From the human T2T-CHM13v2.0 reference genome, Homo sapiens: 64,000 nt of DNA. Below are positions 30,233 to 44,855 of the stretch, in pieces. Numbering within the stretch: the first letter of the stretch is position 1; each line of letters starts with the position of its first letter. The position numbers and the translations under genes are program-made. The stretch lies in the NCBI RefSeq assembly GCF_009914755.1, contig NC_060927.1; one strand, 5' to 3'. Below the pieces are notes generated by a model. The model made no database searches and had not been told where the DNA came from. It saw only the letters and a list, made by a program, of their open reading frames with translations.

Positions 30233-31339
30233 TGTAATTTTGATTTGCTTTCCTTTATTCTGGCTTCCTATAATTTCAGAAGGCTGTATCTATAGGCTTT
30301 GATTAAAAAAAAATCTAACTCATAAATATGAAGATAAATGCCTACTATATCCAAAAGGATCAAGGATAATAGGTATTCACTTCACATATAAGGCTGTTAT
30401 CACAAAGACAATAATAACAAAGGAGTAAGATTTCTGAAAAGAGAAAATATTCATTGAGTACTATACTATTTGCTAGGAACTGTGCAGAAGAATTGACTTA
30501 ATCCCTAAAATGATCATCCTATCCGATAGGTACTATTAATATTTCCATTTTACAGGTAAATAAGGCCTGGAGACGGTTGTAAAAAATTAATATTTAGTAA
30601 AGGATGTTATTTAACAGATCATTTAAGTATTTCAGTAATCCTATGATGTATTATACTACCCAGTTTATGTATAAGAACACTAAGGCTCAAACAGGTTAAT
30701 TAAATTTTACAGATTTAAGTAGGTGACATATCTAGAGTTCAGACTCTGTTTGGTTTCTCTCCAAAACCGCTTCTCTTTTCCCTACAGAAAATAACTTGCT
30801 TAGAAATGCAAGATAATGAGTAACCACACTGTAACTCAGCACATCTGTATTCTAGTTCCAGCCCTGTCCTTAGCCAAATGTAACACCTCAGCCATTTAGT
30901 AATTTTGAGCCACTCTTTATCTGTGGCAAGGTATGCGTTGTGATGGGTACTCTAAACATATTTAAGTCCCTTCCAATTCTAAAAGCATATGTTTATCTTT
31001 AGCATTGCTTTATCTAGTGATAGGTACGTACATTTAGATAAATGTGGTAGGTAAATTTCTAATTAAGTAGATGCAACTGATGGAATCATAATTATTGACT
31101 ACACATATGTCAATTGTGCTTGACCCACTTATTTAAGCACTAAAAAGTAGTAACCAAAAAGAAAAAATCCTCTATGATTTTCCTTAGGCGAGACAATTTG
31201 GTTTCCTCCCTCCCCACTATCTTCTTCCATTCTGGCTGGCAGGGCCAGGGAATATCCTCCCTATGTAGTGGAAGGAGCACACTATGCCATGAAGAGTTAG
31301 ATCAGAAGCAAGCTGTGGATCAGACTTCCATTCTCTGAC

Positions 31340-31566
31340 CTCTTGTCTGGCAGAGGGGCAACAGAAGCAACAGCAGGTGCATCTGAAGGGTCTCTGCATT
31401 GTCATGATTTCTCGGCCCATACAATCAGTGACCCGGAGGACGAAGGGCCTTAGTGTCCGATAGGCATTCCTGGTAAAGTCATCTGTGTCTTCGGTTACAA
31501 CGTAAACCATCTGGTCTGAGTTGTTTTTAATATCATATCTATTATTAGTTTCAAAACATGTCATCA
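31340..31566 (-). CDS. PLSCR4: PLSCR4 coding exon, 227 nt (MMTCFETNNRYDIKN...CTCCCFCCPSARQE), includes the Cys-rich palmitoylation motif
   Basis: ORF 31217..31567; ttttag|TG acceptor, GAG|gtcaga donor; FETNNRY and poly-Cys motifs are typical of scramblases. Confidence 0.97.
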
Positions 31567-32561
31567 CTAAAAAATAAAATGAGTAAGTCTATATTAGAAA
31601 CATTTAAAATGGGCCTCAGAAAGTCCTTGTTTAGTATTTCTTAAGGGCTTAAAGCAACATAGCTTTTTTAAAGTTTCAGGTGAAATATGTAGAATTGATT
31701 AGAGTACCCCAAAAATCATATTATCTAAAAGTATTTAAGCAATTGTGAAAATTTAAAACATTTCTTTTAAGAAGTTCAGTGTAAACATTAAAAAAATTTT
31801 ACATAAAAGAAAAGATTGAAACAACCCTTTTGTTTCAATTCCTGGAGTATCTGAATTCAGAAAACTTTAATTATAAAACCATTTAAAAAAATTATACATT
31901 TGACCATTAATTAATCAGTTCACGAAACATGCTTGGAGGAGTAGGGTCATTACTAATTACAAACAAGAGAACAAACCAAGAAAAGTCAAAGGCCCTATGT
32001 GGTGGCCAAATGAATGTGCACAGCTGGTTTAGTGAGGGTCAGTACTCTTGTAGGATGAACTGAGAACAGGCATCATTTTGACTGAGATCTTTTCTTCTTA
32101 CTTCCAAAGCGAGGGCACTGCACTACGATTTGGCAGATTTGGATTCTATTTCCAGCTCTGCCACTGATTAGCTGACTGTGGTTTAAATGCTATTTCCTGA
32201 TCTGGAGGTGATTAGCTGACTGTGGTGTCCCTGGCTAACTCATTTAGTCTCTTGGCTCCTTTTTTTACTCATCTTTGAAAGGTAAATGTGGAGTAGGAAC
32301 AATGGGTAAAGTGTAGGGCTATTGACCAGATAAAATGTAAGCCCTTTTCAAATCTAAGAGCTTATGATTATATGATGTATAGAAGGATAAAATTATACAA
32401 AATAATTCACTTTATTACTTTCTTGAAGATAGGGTAATAGAGCAGTTTTTTTTTCTTTGAGCCACTAAAACATGATCAATATAAAGAAGGAACTAGATAT
32501 TGGATAATGCAAATTTCCATCTGATTAAAATACTGCTGAGCACTACAAAAATTATACATAC

Positions 32562-32604
32562 TTTCCAGAGGCTCAAAATGCTGAAGAACATGTATGTTGT
32601 CCAA
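32562..32604 (-). CDS. PLSCR4: PLSCR4 coding exon, 43 nt (LDNIHVLQHFEPLE)
   Basis: Peptide lies within ORF 32476..32874; caacag|TTG acceptor, GAAA|gtatgt donor; frame is continuous with the flanking exons. Confidence 0.95.
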
Positions 32605-33793
32605 CTGTTGGGATAAAACAAAGCAATCAGAAGACAGAAATAACAGAACTAAAATACCACTGTAAAATAAACTGATGAAATAGATATTAAAATGCATCAA
32701 TTGATACCAAAATATATTTTTGAAAGTCAATAGAATCAAAAAAATTTTACCAACTGAAATTAGCTTATCTGCATCTGATCGGATGGATATTAGCAGAGTT
32801 GTCCATATTAGAAAAACACTTTCTTTCAGTACCACTTTAAAAAAGTTGTCTGCTATATCAGAAAAACAAAACATCTACTTGCTGTAGTAATCACATCAGA
32901 AGAAGCTGTGCTTATAGATTGTTCCTAGATAAGTCCCTACTCACTGGTCTCTCTACATGTCATCCATAGCCTGTAGTTGTTTAGTTAAGTTCAGAACGAT
33001 TAACACGGACCAGCCATAGAAAAGGGAAGTCTCTCAGTGGCTTAAGGAGAACAAACAAGCCAGGGTGAACCTCACATGGAGTGTCCCCATTTTATATTAT
33101 TTTACAGGTACCTCCAGCAGAGGTTTATAAACTGACTTGCATTCACTTGATCTACAAAGGCCAGGGTCTTCCCCAAGTGCACACTTTAATAAGGGAAGGG
33201 TCTATTACACTAGGAAGCATGTGAACAGGATTAGGGGAAGAGAAAGGAAACATTGTTAGATGGCAACCCATGAAAAGGACGGCTGGGTATATACCATTAG
33301 AGAAATTTCTATCTTAGGAATCATTCTAAAGATGAGCAGTTTGATGGGCACATTATCTGTTACATGTGAGAACATTCTAGCAGAAGAAAAGAAACCTTCT
33401 TGAGGACACACTGATTATATTTGTATAATTTTACATCATTTAGACCATTAGACCATTCCTAATCCCTGAGCCCAGAACACTGCCTGAAGTGCCATATTTC
33501 ACCAAACATTGGTTAAGTACATTAATTAATGAAGAATATATGAATGCAGTAATACATGAAATTAAAATAATGTACCTAAACACGAATGTTTTATGGTGTG
33601 ATTAATTACAGGAGGGTACAAAGGGCACAATCTATGCTTAATTAAAACCTTTTTCTTACATAAAAACACAATGACATAAGGAGACATAAATATGCCTCAT
33701 AAAATACCAAAAGTGACTACTAAAATGGTTTATAGTCCATTTTAGAAAAGTAGGGTATTAAAATCTAGAAGTGAAAAGTAAAAATATAAACTA

Positions 33794-35625
33794 CAGGCAT
33801 ACTCTGAAGATACTACAAGTTTGGTTCCAGACCAATGCAATAAAGCAATTATTGTAAGAAAGTGAGTGACATGAATGTTTTATTTTCTTATTGAATCTAA
33901 AATTATGTTTACACTATAATGTAGTCTACAGTGTGTGTAAGAGTATTAATCTAAAAGAAGTATATATCTTAATTTTAAAAAACTTTATTGCTAAAAACTG
34001 CTAACAATCATCTGAGACTTCAGCTAGTCACAATCCTCTTGCTGGTAGAGGGTCTTGTCTCTATGTTAATGATTGCTAAATGGTCAGGGTGGTGATTGCT
34101 GAAGCCCAGGTTGGCGGCAGCAATTTCTTAACAAAAGATAATGAAGTTTGCCATATCAATTGACTGACTCTTCTCTGCATGAAAGATTTCCTTGTAGCAC
34201 ATGATGTTCTTTTTAGTACTTTACCACAGTAGAACTTCCTTCAAAATTGGAGTCAATCCACCTAAAAACTGCCACTGCTTTATCAATTATATTTGTGTAG
34301 TATTCTAAAACCTTTGTCATTTCAACAATGTTCACAGAATTCTCACCAGGAGTAAATTTCATCTCAAGGAAGCACTTTCTTTGCTTATACATAAGAAGCA
34401 AGTGCTCATCTGTTAAAGTCGTATCATGAGTTACAGTAATTCAGTCACATCTGCAGGTTCCACTTCAAATTCTAGTTCTCTTGCTGTTTCCATCATATCT
34501 GAAATTACTTCCTCCACTGAAATCTTGAACCCTTCAAAATCATCATAAAAGTGGCAATCAGCTTCTCCCAAACACCTGTTAATGCTGATATTTTGACCTC
34601 TTCCCATGAATCATGAATGTCCTTATTGGCATCTAGAATGGTGAATCCTTTCCACATGGTTTTCAATTTATTTTGCCCAGATCTGTCTGAGAAATGACAC
34701 CATCTATGGCAACTATAGCCTAACGAAATTCATTTTTTTAACAATAAGACTTGTAAATTGAAATTATACTTTGACCCATGGGCTGCAGAATGGATGTTGT
34801 GTTAGCAGGCATTAAAACAACATTAATCTCCTTATACGTCTCCATCAGAGCTCTTGGGTGACCAGATGTGTTGTCAGTGAGTAGTAATGTTTTGCAAGAG
34901 ACCCTAACAGGGAAGTCAGTCTGTCCTTTGAAGTTTTCACGTCAGGCGTTGACTTCTACTTTTTAGCTATGAAAGTCCTAGAAGGCATCTTCTTCCAACA
35001 GAAGGCTGTTGCATCTATATTCAAAATCTGTTGTTTAGCAGAGTCACCTTCATCAATGATCTTGTTATAGTTAGGATCTTCTGAAAAACTTACTGCAGCT
35101 TCTACATCAGGACTTGCTGCTTCACCTTGCACTTCTATGTTACAAAAGTGCCTTTTTTCCCCCCTTAAGCCTTGTGAGCCAACCTCTGCCAGCTTCAAAC
35201 TTTTTTTTTCTGTAGCTTCCTCACCTTTCTCAGCCTACATAGAATTTAGGAGAGATAGGGCTTTGCTCTGAATTATGCTTTGGCTTAAGGAAATGTTGTG
35301 ACTGGTTTGATCTTCTTTCTAGACCACTAAAACTTTCTCCATATCAGCAATTAGGCTCTTTTACTTTTCACCATTCATATGTTCATTGGAGTAATATCAC
35401 TTTCAATTTCCTTCAAGAACTTTTCCTTTGCATTCACAGCTTGGCTAACTGGTGCTAGAAGACTAGCTTTTGGCCTATCTCAACTTTCAACATGCCTTCC
35501 TCATTAAGCTAAATCATTTCCAGCTTTCTTATTTACAGTGAGAGATGTGCAATTGTTTCTTTCACTTGAACACTCAGAGGCCATCACAGGATTATTAACT
35601 GGCCTAATTTCAATATTATTGTGTC
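33794..35625 (-). mobile_element. Tigger1 (TcMar-Tigger) DNA transposon, partial
   Basis: TA|CAGGCATAC terminal inverted repeat at 33792-33802; transposase remnants in ORFs 34213..34401 and 34956..35198 ([13 protein letters not shown]). Confidence 0.88.
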
Positions 35626-36749
35626 CCTCCCTGGAACTCAATAATATGTGTCTGTTAAGGGGTAGTTCTTTGACAAATTGGTAAAGTCACTGGCAAAGCC
35701 AAGACTCTGAAAATAATATAATCGTGCTAATTTGGATGTTTTAGGATTCTTGGGAACCTTGATAAAGATTCATGTAATCTTCATGTGAGATCTCAAAAAG
35801 ACTAGGGTAGATAGAGGAAAAAGATTGGCTCTATGTCTTGCATTCACACATAAGAAGGTATTTAAGCTAATAACAGCCACATAGCTTTCATCCATTGGGA
35901 CGGCCCTTTATGTCAAAAATATTAGGCACATTGTGACCCTTATCTCATTAAAAATTCTCCTAACAATCTGGTAAGGTAGGTATTGATAATACTATTTTAT
36001 AGATGATAAAATTCAAGCAGCAAGAGGTTAGAAATTTTATCAAAGTTTTTGAGTTACTAGAGAGTAGGACAGAATTAAAAAACCAGGTTTGCCTGGGTCC
36101 AAACCTGTGTTTTGTTTATTTTTTCACTTATTTCTTTAACTCTAAATATTCCTAAAAGGGAAAACTCATAAAATACGTTAAATTAACCTCTGTCAGAATC
36201 ATAAAAGAAATTAAGAAACAAGTTTTTAATATTTAAATAAACAAAGCTATACAATTTGAAAAGAGAATTGACTGTAGAAGATGTTAGATTCCCAAGAACA
36301 ACTTCTGTATTTATCACCAAGTATAGAAATGAGACTTTCTAAACTTGATAAGCTACAAACATTTTATTATCTTCTGAAATAATGTAGATGTTTACTCTAG
36401 CACTTCACCTGAATGAGTTTTGCATTTTGTCAAAATTTTGTCCAAATAATAATTTAGGATAAATTTTGGCTTTTGTAAAATCCAAATTTTCCTGATCCAA
36501 CTGTATTGACTTCTATACACCAATGTTATAATATTATACAAATAGTTTTCAGCACACAAGATTATCAGGGTCCCTGTCAATATACAGAATTGAAAAGAGA
36601 AATGACAGAACTCGAGGAAATACTTGGCTGTTGACCTGGGGAGGTAAGTATTAAATTGGGAAGTTTCTTCTTTATAATGTATTTCAGCACTTCCTTTTTC
36701 TATAAACAACAACAAAAAAGATTCAGAAGGTTCTATGGAATCTCCAATA

Positions 36750-37356
36750 AAGTAGTCTCCCTCTTATCCTCAGGGGATACTTTCCAAGCCCTCAGTGGAT
36801 ACCTGAAACCACAGATTGTACCAAATCCTGTATATACTATGCACAAATTTTTCTTTTCTTCTTTACAATTTCATGGACATATTAATTTTACTATAGATCT
36901 TAGTAACCTTAGCATAGGAATTTTTTTATTATTAAGTAAAAAACCTTCACCTTTACATGGAAAGGAAGACCTTATGGCCTCTCTTTGGTCTTTCCTTGAC
37001 ATATCCAAATTCCCAGCATTACTACTCTTGTGCTTTGGAGACATAATTAAGTAAAATAAGTTACTTCAATGCAAGCACTGTGATACTGTAAGTCAATCTG
37101 ATAACCAAGATGTGACTCTGGGTCTGTATACTATGGATAACATCTACAGCGTGGATACACTGGACAAAGGAATGATATATGTGCCAGGCAGAACACAGCA
37201 GGACTGTGCAAGATTTCATCATGCTACTCAGAATAAATTTAAAATTTATGAATGGTTTATTTCTAGAATTTTCCATTTAATATTTTTGGAACCTGGTTGA
37301 CCATTGGTAACTGAAACCGCAGGAATCAACGCCACAAATAAAAGGCGTCTACTCTG
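36750..37356 (-). mobile_element. MER44 (Tigger7-derived) element
   Basis: agtagtctccctcttatcc at the left end and ttccatttaatatttttggaacctggttgacc...gtaactgaaaccgc at the right end. Confidence 0.75.
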
Positions 37357-38052
37357 CCAGCTTTATCTTATTTTCATTAAGCAGGTTTTTTAGTTTCAGA
37401 CATGGGTTTTTAAACAAAACTATTTGTGCACAAACTTCCCATATTACCCCAGTTTTTGATCTGCATGTCCTGGTGGCAGCAGAATATCTACATAGATGTT
37501 AATTAGGGAGTTATTGTGTTGTATGAAGGGGGTCTCTGGAACTTGGCCTGAAGCAATATTCTTTGTAGGGTCCATTATTTTTATTTATATTGTTTGTTTT
37601 TGGGGGTGACAAGAGTAGCTAATGAAAATGATGGGTGGTGGTAAAAAGCAATGGGCTAAGGCACTCAGTAATTTACCCACTGTATTGTGTTTTGTTCTCT
37701 TTTGTGCTTTTTTTGATGTTAACTGTTTACTTCTAAGCAAATAACACAACTATCCTCTATGATAGTTTTTCTATTTCCATTTGTACAATTCTTTCAAGAA
37801 AACATCTTGAATGCCTTGAAGTTCAACATAAATCCTTATGAAAAACATACTCATCCCACTATAAACATCCTTGTACTTGCTGTTTCCCCTTCATATTTCT
37901 GAAACTGGTATCACTGTTCTTATAGTTTCACAAATGGCATCTGTCATCACTGACCCATCTCCTTTATTCACTCTGGTCTGCTTTTTTTCTCTCTTTGTTG
38001 GATCCCTATGGTCACATTTCATAAGAAAATAATTTGTATTTTCATGGAGTAC

Positions 38053-38288
38053 CTGAACTAAGTATTCCAGACCAGGAGGGCAGTTTGCCATAGGAGTTGG
38101 CCCTGGCATCCATGTTATTGGAACAGACTGATTTGGCATAGGATATTTGCCAGGCTGATACCGGACAGGATGGATACCACCAACTGGCTGGTACAAAGGG
38201 AAGGTACTGGGTTGCTGTGGACTGTAGTATCCCATAGGCAAGCCTCCTGGGTAGCCAGTAGGTGGAGGGACAGCTGTTCCAGGGGGTC
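38053..38288 (-). CDS. PLSCR4: PLSCR4 coding exon, 236 nt, proline-rich domain (GPPGTAVPPPTGYPGG...CPPGLEYLVQ)
   Basis: ORF 37891..38298; cacag|GA acceptor, CAG|gtactc donor; CPPGLEYL is the conserved start of the scramblase domain. Confidence 0.97.
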
Positions 38289-38879
38289 CTGTGTTCAAAA
38301 GAAATCAAAGTGTTATATATTATTAACACTAAAGTTAGCATAACTTTTTACATGCGATGAAATAGATCACATGACATCCACTTAAATATAACAACTTGTT
38401 CCATTTTTGATTCACACTTTATGCAGATCATGGTTGCATATGACCCAACGATGTATTAGGGAGACTTATTTACATATTAATTCATTTAATCCTCTTAAAG
38501 CTTATAAGATAATTATTCCCATTTCAATGGTACAAAAATAAGTTTTGAAACATTAGAAGAAACATGTTAGCTTCTTAATAAATTAGGTTCCTCCTTGGAG
38601 ATAATAAACTTACCTAATGAGGTTGTAGTGGGATTAATTACTAACGTATTAATTACTAACGTATAATTACTAACATATAATTACTCCTGCAAATTTTTGT
38701 TATTATGTCTATTGTTATTGTTTGTGGTTACATAAATAATGTCTACTTCATTTCAAAGGAGTGCTTTTAATGAATATTTTAGGTTGCCTTGACCCAATCG
38801 CTTGTACATATCTTCATCATCGAGTTCTCAGACTGGTCCCCAATCCTGACCTCTTTTAGATTCAATTTCTTAAAGTTAT

Positions 38880-39255
38880 TTTCTTAGTAGTTATGCTGCT
38901 ATAACAAAATAAGCACAAACTGAGTGGCTTAAACAACAAGCATTTCTTTCTTATAGTTCTGGAGGCTGGGAAGTTCAAAGATAAATGTTAGCATGGTCAA
39001 ACCTGGTGAGAGCCTTTCCTGGTTTGCAGATGTTCACCTTCTTGCTATATGCTCACAGAGTGAAGGGGGAGAGAGAGAGAGAGAAAGACAGAATCCCTCT
39101 CATGTCTCCTCTTATAGGGTATGAGTGCCATCATGAGGGCTCCACTCTTTTGATTTAATTTTCTCTGAAAGGCCCCACTTCCAAGTAACATCACATTGGG
39201 AAATGGGACTTCAATATGTGAATTTGGGAGGGATATAAACATTCAGCCCACAGCA
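38880..39255 (-). mobile_element. MLT1A-like MaLR LTR
   Basis: gctgctataacaaaata...gtggcttaaacaac...agttctggaggctgggaagt...aacattcagcccacagca. Confidence 0.78.
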
Positions 39256-39389
39256 CTTATCCCTCTATCATTTCTCCCCATTCCACCTTCAATCAGAGAT
39301 CTGATGAATTATCTTTGTCATTATAAGTCCATCAAGGAACCTAGATTTCCTTAAATGGATACAAGATTTTATCATGCTTTAAGAGCACA

Positions 39390-40960
39390 GTCTACATATT
39401 CAATGCAATTCCCATCAAAATACTATCACCGTTCTTCACAGAACTAGAAAAAACAATCCTAAAATTCATATGCAACCAAAAAAGAGCCTGCATAGCCAAA
39501 GCAAAACTAAGTAAGTGAAAAGAACAAATCTGGAGGCATCACATTACTTGATTTCAAATGATACTATAAGGACATAGTCACCAAAACAAGATGGTACTGG
39601 TATAAAAATAGGCACATAGACCAATGGAACAGAATAGGGAACCCAAAAATAAACCCAAATACAGCCAACTGATCTTTGACAAAGCAAACAAAACACAAAG
39701 TGGGGAAAGGACACCCTATTCAACAAATGGTACTGGGATAATTGGCTAGCCACATGTATGAGAATGAAACTGGATGCTCATCTCTCACCTTATATAAAAA
39801 TCAACGCAAGATGGATCAAGCACTTAAATCTAAGACCTGAAACTATAAAAATTCTAGAAGATAATATCAGAAAAACCCTTCTAGATATTGGCTTAGGCAA
39901 AGACTTCATGACCAAAAACCCAAAAGCAAATGCAACAAAAGCAATGATAAGTAGGTGGGACTTAATTAAACTAAAGAGCTTTTGCACAGCAAAAACAACA
40001 GTCAGCAGAGTAAACAGACAACCCAAACACAATCTATACATCTGACAAAGGACTAATATCCAGAATCTGTAACGAACTCAAACAAATTAGCAAGAAAATA
40101 CAAACAATCCCATCAAAAAGTGGGATAAGGACATGAATAGACAATTCTCAAAAGAAGATACACAAATGGCCAACAATCGTATGAAAAAATACTCAGCATC
40201 ACTAATGATCAGGGAAATGTAAATCAAAACCACAATGTAATAACCCCTTATTCCTGCAAGAATGGCCATAATCAAAAACTCAAAAAATAACAGATGTTGA
40301 CATGTACGGAGAACAGGGAACACTTCTACACTGCTGGTGGGAATGTAAACTAGTATAGCCACTATGGAAAACAGTGTGGAGATTCCTTAAAGAACTAAAA
40401 GTAGAACTACCATTTGATCCAGCAATCCCACTACTGGGGTATTTATCCAGGGGAAAAGAAGTCAAAAAAAGATACTTGCATATGCATGTTTATAGCAGCG
40501 CAATTCACTGCTATAATACGGAACTAGCCCAAATGCCCATCAATCTACGAGTGGATAAAGAAAAATGTGGGATTACATATATATATGATGGAATACTACT
40601 CAGCCATAAAAAGGAATGAATTAATGGCATTCACAGCAACCTGGATGCGATTGGAGACTATTATTCTAAGGAAAGTAATTCAGGAATGGAAAACCAAATA
40701 TTGTATGTTCTCACACGTAAGTGGGAGCTAAGCTATGAGGATGCAAAGGCATAGAAATGATACAATGGAATGGACTTTGGGGGCTCAGGGGTAATGATGG
40801 GAAGGGGGTGAGGGATAAAAGGCTACAAATTGGGTTCAGTGTATACTGCTTGGGTGGTGGGTGCACTAGAATCTCACAAAATATCACCACTAAAGAACTT
40901 ACTCATATAACCAAATACCACCTGTTCCCCAAAATCCTATGGAAATAAAATATTTTTTAA
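39390..40960 (+). mobile_element. 5'-truncated L1PB-type element, antisense in a PLSCR4 intron
   Basis: ORF2 C-terminal fragments (39758..40045, 40374..40619) and an L1PB 3'UTR ending cccaaaatcctatggaaataaaa. Confidence 0.9.
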
Positions 40961-41491
40961 AAAGAGTACTCATAAAAATGAATAAGCACACAACAGCTAA
41001 TGTTTGACTTTAGGAATTTTTTTATCAAGGTCTCTTAAGATAAGCAGTGGTAACTTTGCATTTCACTATGTTTTTTTAAAGTCAAAGAATTGCCAACAAT
41101 AAGTATGAGAATGCCATTACTGCATATCTATCTAGGTCTGGTTACCAGGAATTTTTTGAATAACTTTGATCATTACTAATTTATTTTTGTTTCACTTTCC
41201 AAGTTTTTAAGATTAATTAATTAAAATTTATAAATAACTGGGTCTTGGTTGTCTACCCAGAAATATGCAACAGACCCTAACTTATTGCTAAGGTCTTGTA
41301 GCTCTAACTGAAATCCTGTGAGTAGTAGAGCCACAAGCAGCCCACAAGTGATGTTGTCTGAACTGTCAGGAAGGCCAGGCTCAGATAAAGAAAGGTTTTT
41401 CTCCTTTAAGAGAGAATTTAAGGAATAATGTCCTGTGGTTGAAAACAAAATAAGTTATGTAAGTCAAGATATTTTATGTTAAGATTTCAGT

Positions 41492-41806
41492 ATAGTCGTC
41501 CCTTGATATTCATAAAGGATTGGTTCCAGGACTCCCTCAAATACCAAAACCTACAAATGCTTAAGTCCCTTATATAAAATGGTGTAGTATTTACATGTAA
41601 CCTACTCACAGCCTCCCATATACTTTAAATGATGTCTAGATTACTTACAATAGCTAACACAATGTAAATGCTAATATAAATTGTTTTTGTGTTATTTTTA
41701 TTGTATAATTTTTATTGTCATTTTTAATTGTGCTTTTAAAATATTTTTAATCCACACTTTTTTGAATCCATGGATGAAGAATTCACAAATATAGGGGTCC
41801 AACTGT
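41492..41806. mobile_element. MER2 (Tigger family)
   Basis: agtcgtcccttgatattc...gattggttccaggactccc...aagtcccttatataaaatggtgtagtattt. Confidence 0.75.
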
Positions 41807-43944
41807 GGATCTATTTTAGTTTAAATTAAATAAAAACAACTTTTTATGAGCAGGGAATACCAGCTAAGACTTGAACTGTAAAATCTGAAGCCTTAGTGAC
41901 AAGACATGAAGGCAATTTTTAAAAATGGAACTAGATTTTTCAGATTTTCAAAGGCAGATGTTTAAATTTAGAGAAAAAAATCACCTCAACATATTGTTTC
42001 TTAAATTGTGGCTCAATATACCAAGTCCTTCAAGATAATCTGGAGTTCTTAGTAAAATTCCAGATTCTGAGCCTCATTCCAATCTATTGCAACAGGATCT
42101 CTATGGCAAAACTTGAGATTAACAAAACATTTTATTTCATTGATCCTTTTTTAAAATGTAGTGGTTTTAAGTATATTCTCAAAGTTGTGCAACCATCACT
42201 GCTACCTAAACCCAGAATTTTCATCATACCAGAAAGAACACCCATACCCATTAGCAGCAATTTCCATCTCCTCTTCCCCACAGTCCCTGAAAACCACTAC
42301 TATCTGTGGATTTGCCTAATCTACACTTTTCATGTAAATGAAAACATACAATAGGCCTTTATGTCTGTTTTTTTTTTTACACTTGGCATGTTTTCAAGGT
42401 TCATCCATGTTGTAGCACATATAAGTACTTAATTCCATTTTATGGCTGAGTAGTATTCTATTGTGTGGATATATCACATTTTAGGTATTGTTTAATCAGT
42501 CAATGGACATTTAGGTTGCTTTCACTCTGGGCTATTATAAATAACACTGCTGTGATCCTCCATGTACAAGTTTTAGTGTGGACATGTTTTCAGTTCTCTA
42601 GCTATGAGTGAAATTAGCTGAAATATTTAGTAACTCCATTATTAACTGCCAAACTGTTTTCCAAAGTGGCTTTACAATTTCACGTCCACTTGCAAATATG
42701 AGAGTTCTACTTTCTCCACATCCTCCACCAATACTTGTTATTGTCTGTTTTTATTTTAGTCATCTTAGTGGGTATGAAGTTGTATCTTATTGTGATTTTT
42801 ATTTGCATTTTTCTGATTACTAATGATGTTCAGCATCTTTTCATGTGCTTATTGGCCATTTGTATATCTCCTTTGGAGAACTATCTATTAAATCTTTTGC
42901 CTACTTTAAAACTGAATCATTTGTCTTTTTATTGTTGCATTATAAATGTTCTTTATATATTCAAGATAAAAGTCTCTTGCCAGATAGTTTGCAAGTGTTT
43001 TCTCTCATTGTGTAGGTTGTCTTTTCTCTTTGATAGTGTCCTTAGATATACAAAACTTTTTAATTGTTATGAAGTCCAATTTATTTTTTGTTGGTTGTTT
43101 GTGCTTTAGAGTGTCATATCATATCTAAGAAACTATTGCCTAATCCAAGGACATAAATACTTACATCTATATCTTGTAAAAGTTTTATAGTTTTCACTCT
43201 TAGACATAGGTCTTTCAAACACATAGATCTTTGATTCATTTAGAGTTTTTGTGTTTAGGGTGAGACAGTTTCAAATCATTCTTTTGTATGTTGATATTCA
43301 TTTGTCTCAGATCCTTTGTTGAAAAGAGTATTCTTTCCCTATTGAATTATTTTGACATGCTTGTAAAAAATCAGTTGGCTACAGATGTTTGGGTTTATTT
43401 CTTAGACTCTCAATTCTATCTCATTGGTCTATATGTCTATCTTTATGCTAGTACTGTGGTATTGACTTCTGTAGCTTTATAGTAAATTGGAAATTGGGAA
43501 TTGTGAGTCCTCCAATTTTTTTTCAAGATTGTTTAGGCTATTCTGAATCCTTTACATTTCCATATGTATTTGAGGAATAGCCTGTCAATTTAAAAATTCC
43601 ACTGTGATAAGAATTGTGTTGAATCTGTAGATCAATTTAAGGAGCATTTCCATTTAACAATATTTACTTTTCAAATCTGTAAAATGCCTTTCCACTTACG
43701 TAGTCTTCTTTAATTTCTTTCAACGTTTTATAGTTTTCAATATGAAAGATATTTTACTCCTTTTATTAAAGTTACTTCTGGGTATGTTATTTTTAATGTT
43801 ATTGTATGTGGAATTATAATTTTAATTTCTTTTTACATTTTTCATTGTTAATATATAGAAATACTTTTGGATTTCTGTATTATGATCTTATATCCTAACA
43901 CACTGCTGAACTTGTTTATTGTGCTGTTTGTGGGTATATATGGG

Positions 43945-44142
43945 TTTTTTTGTTTTGTTTTTTTTTTGTTTTTTGGGTTTTTTTTTTTTTAGACAGGGTC
44001 TCAGTCTGTCACCCAGGCTGAAGTGCAGTAGTATGATCATAGTTCACTGCAGTCTCAAATCCCTGGACTCAATTGATCCTTCTACCCTAGCCTCCAGGTA
44101 ACTGGGACTACAGGAGTACAGGAGTGTACCACTGCACCCAGC
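43945..44142 (-). repeat. Alu monomer (FRAM / AluJ right arm)
   Basis: T-rich tail plus agacagggtctcagtctgtcacccaggctg; single arm only. Confidence 0.8.
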
Positions 44143-44855
44143 TTAGACTTTTTACATATATAGGCTCATGTCTTCTGCAAATGGAGATGGTTTTGTTTCT
44201 TTCTTTCAATCTGGATGAATTTTCTTTCTTTTTCTTGACTAATTGCTCTGGCTAGAACTTCCAGTACAATGCTGAATAGAAGTGGCAAGAAAGATACCCT
44301 GTCTCATTCTTGATCTTAGATGAAATGAACGTTTTCAGTCTTTACTCCTAAACATAATGTTTGGTGTGAGTTTTTCATAGGTACTCTTTTATCAGATTGA
44401 GGGAGTTCCTCCTATTTCTAGTTTCTTAAGTGTTTTTATCATGGAGGATGTTGTATTTTGTCAAGTGTGATTTCTGTGCTTACTGATGTGGTCATGTGGT
44501 GTTTGTACTATATTTTATTAATATAGTACATACATTGATGTGTTTTAATATGATATTTAATGTGATAAACCAATCTTTTATCCATGGGATAAATCCCACT
44601 TGGTCATGGTGTTTAATCCTTTTTTATGTTCCTAAATCTGGTTTGCTAGTAATTTGTTGAGAAAGTCTGATTCTATATTTATTAGGGATATGATCTTTAG
44701 TTTTCTTTTCTTGTAACATCTATGTCAGATTTTGCTAATTGGGTAATACTGGCCTCTAGAATTAGCTAGGAAGAATTCATTCTTCTTTCATTTCTATGGA
44801 AGACATTGTAAATGACTGGTATTAAAACCTTCATGCAGCATTTAGTAAAATTTCC

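Noticed and set aside
34213-35198. Transposase-like peptides
   Set aside because: Frameshifted, stop-ridden Tigger1 remnants, not a domesticated TIGD-like gene.
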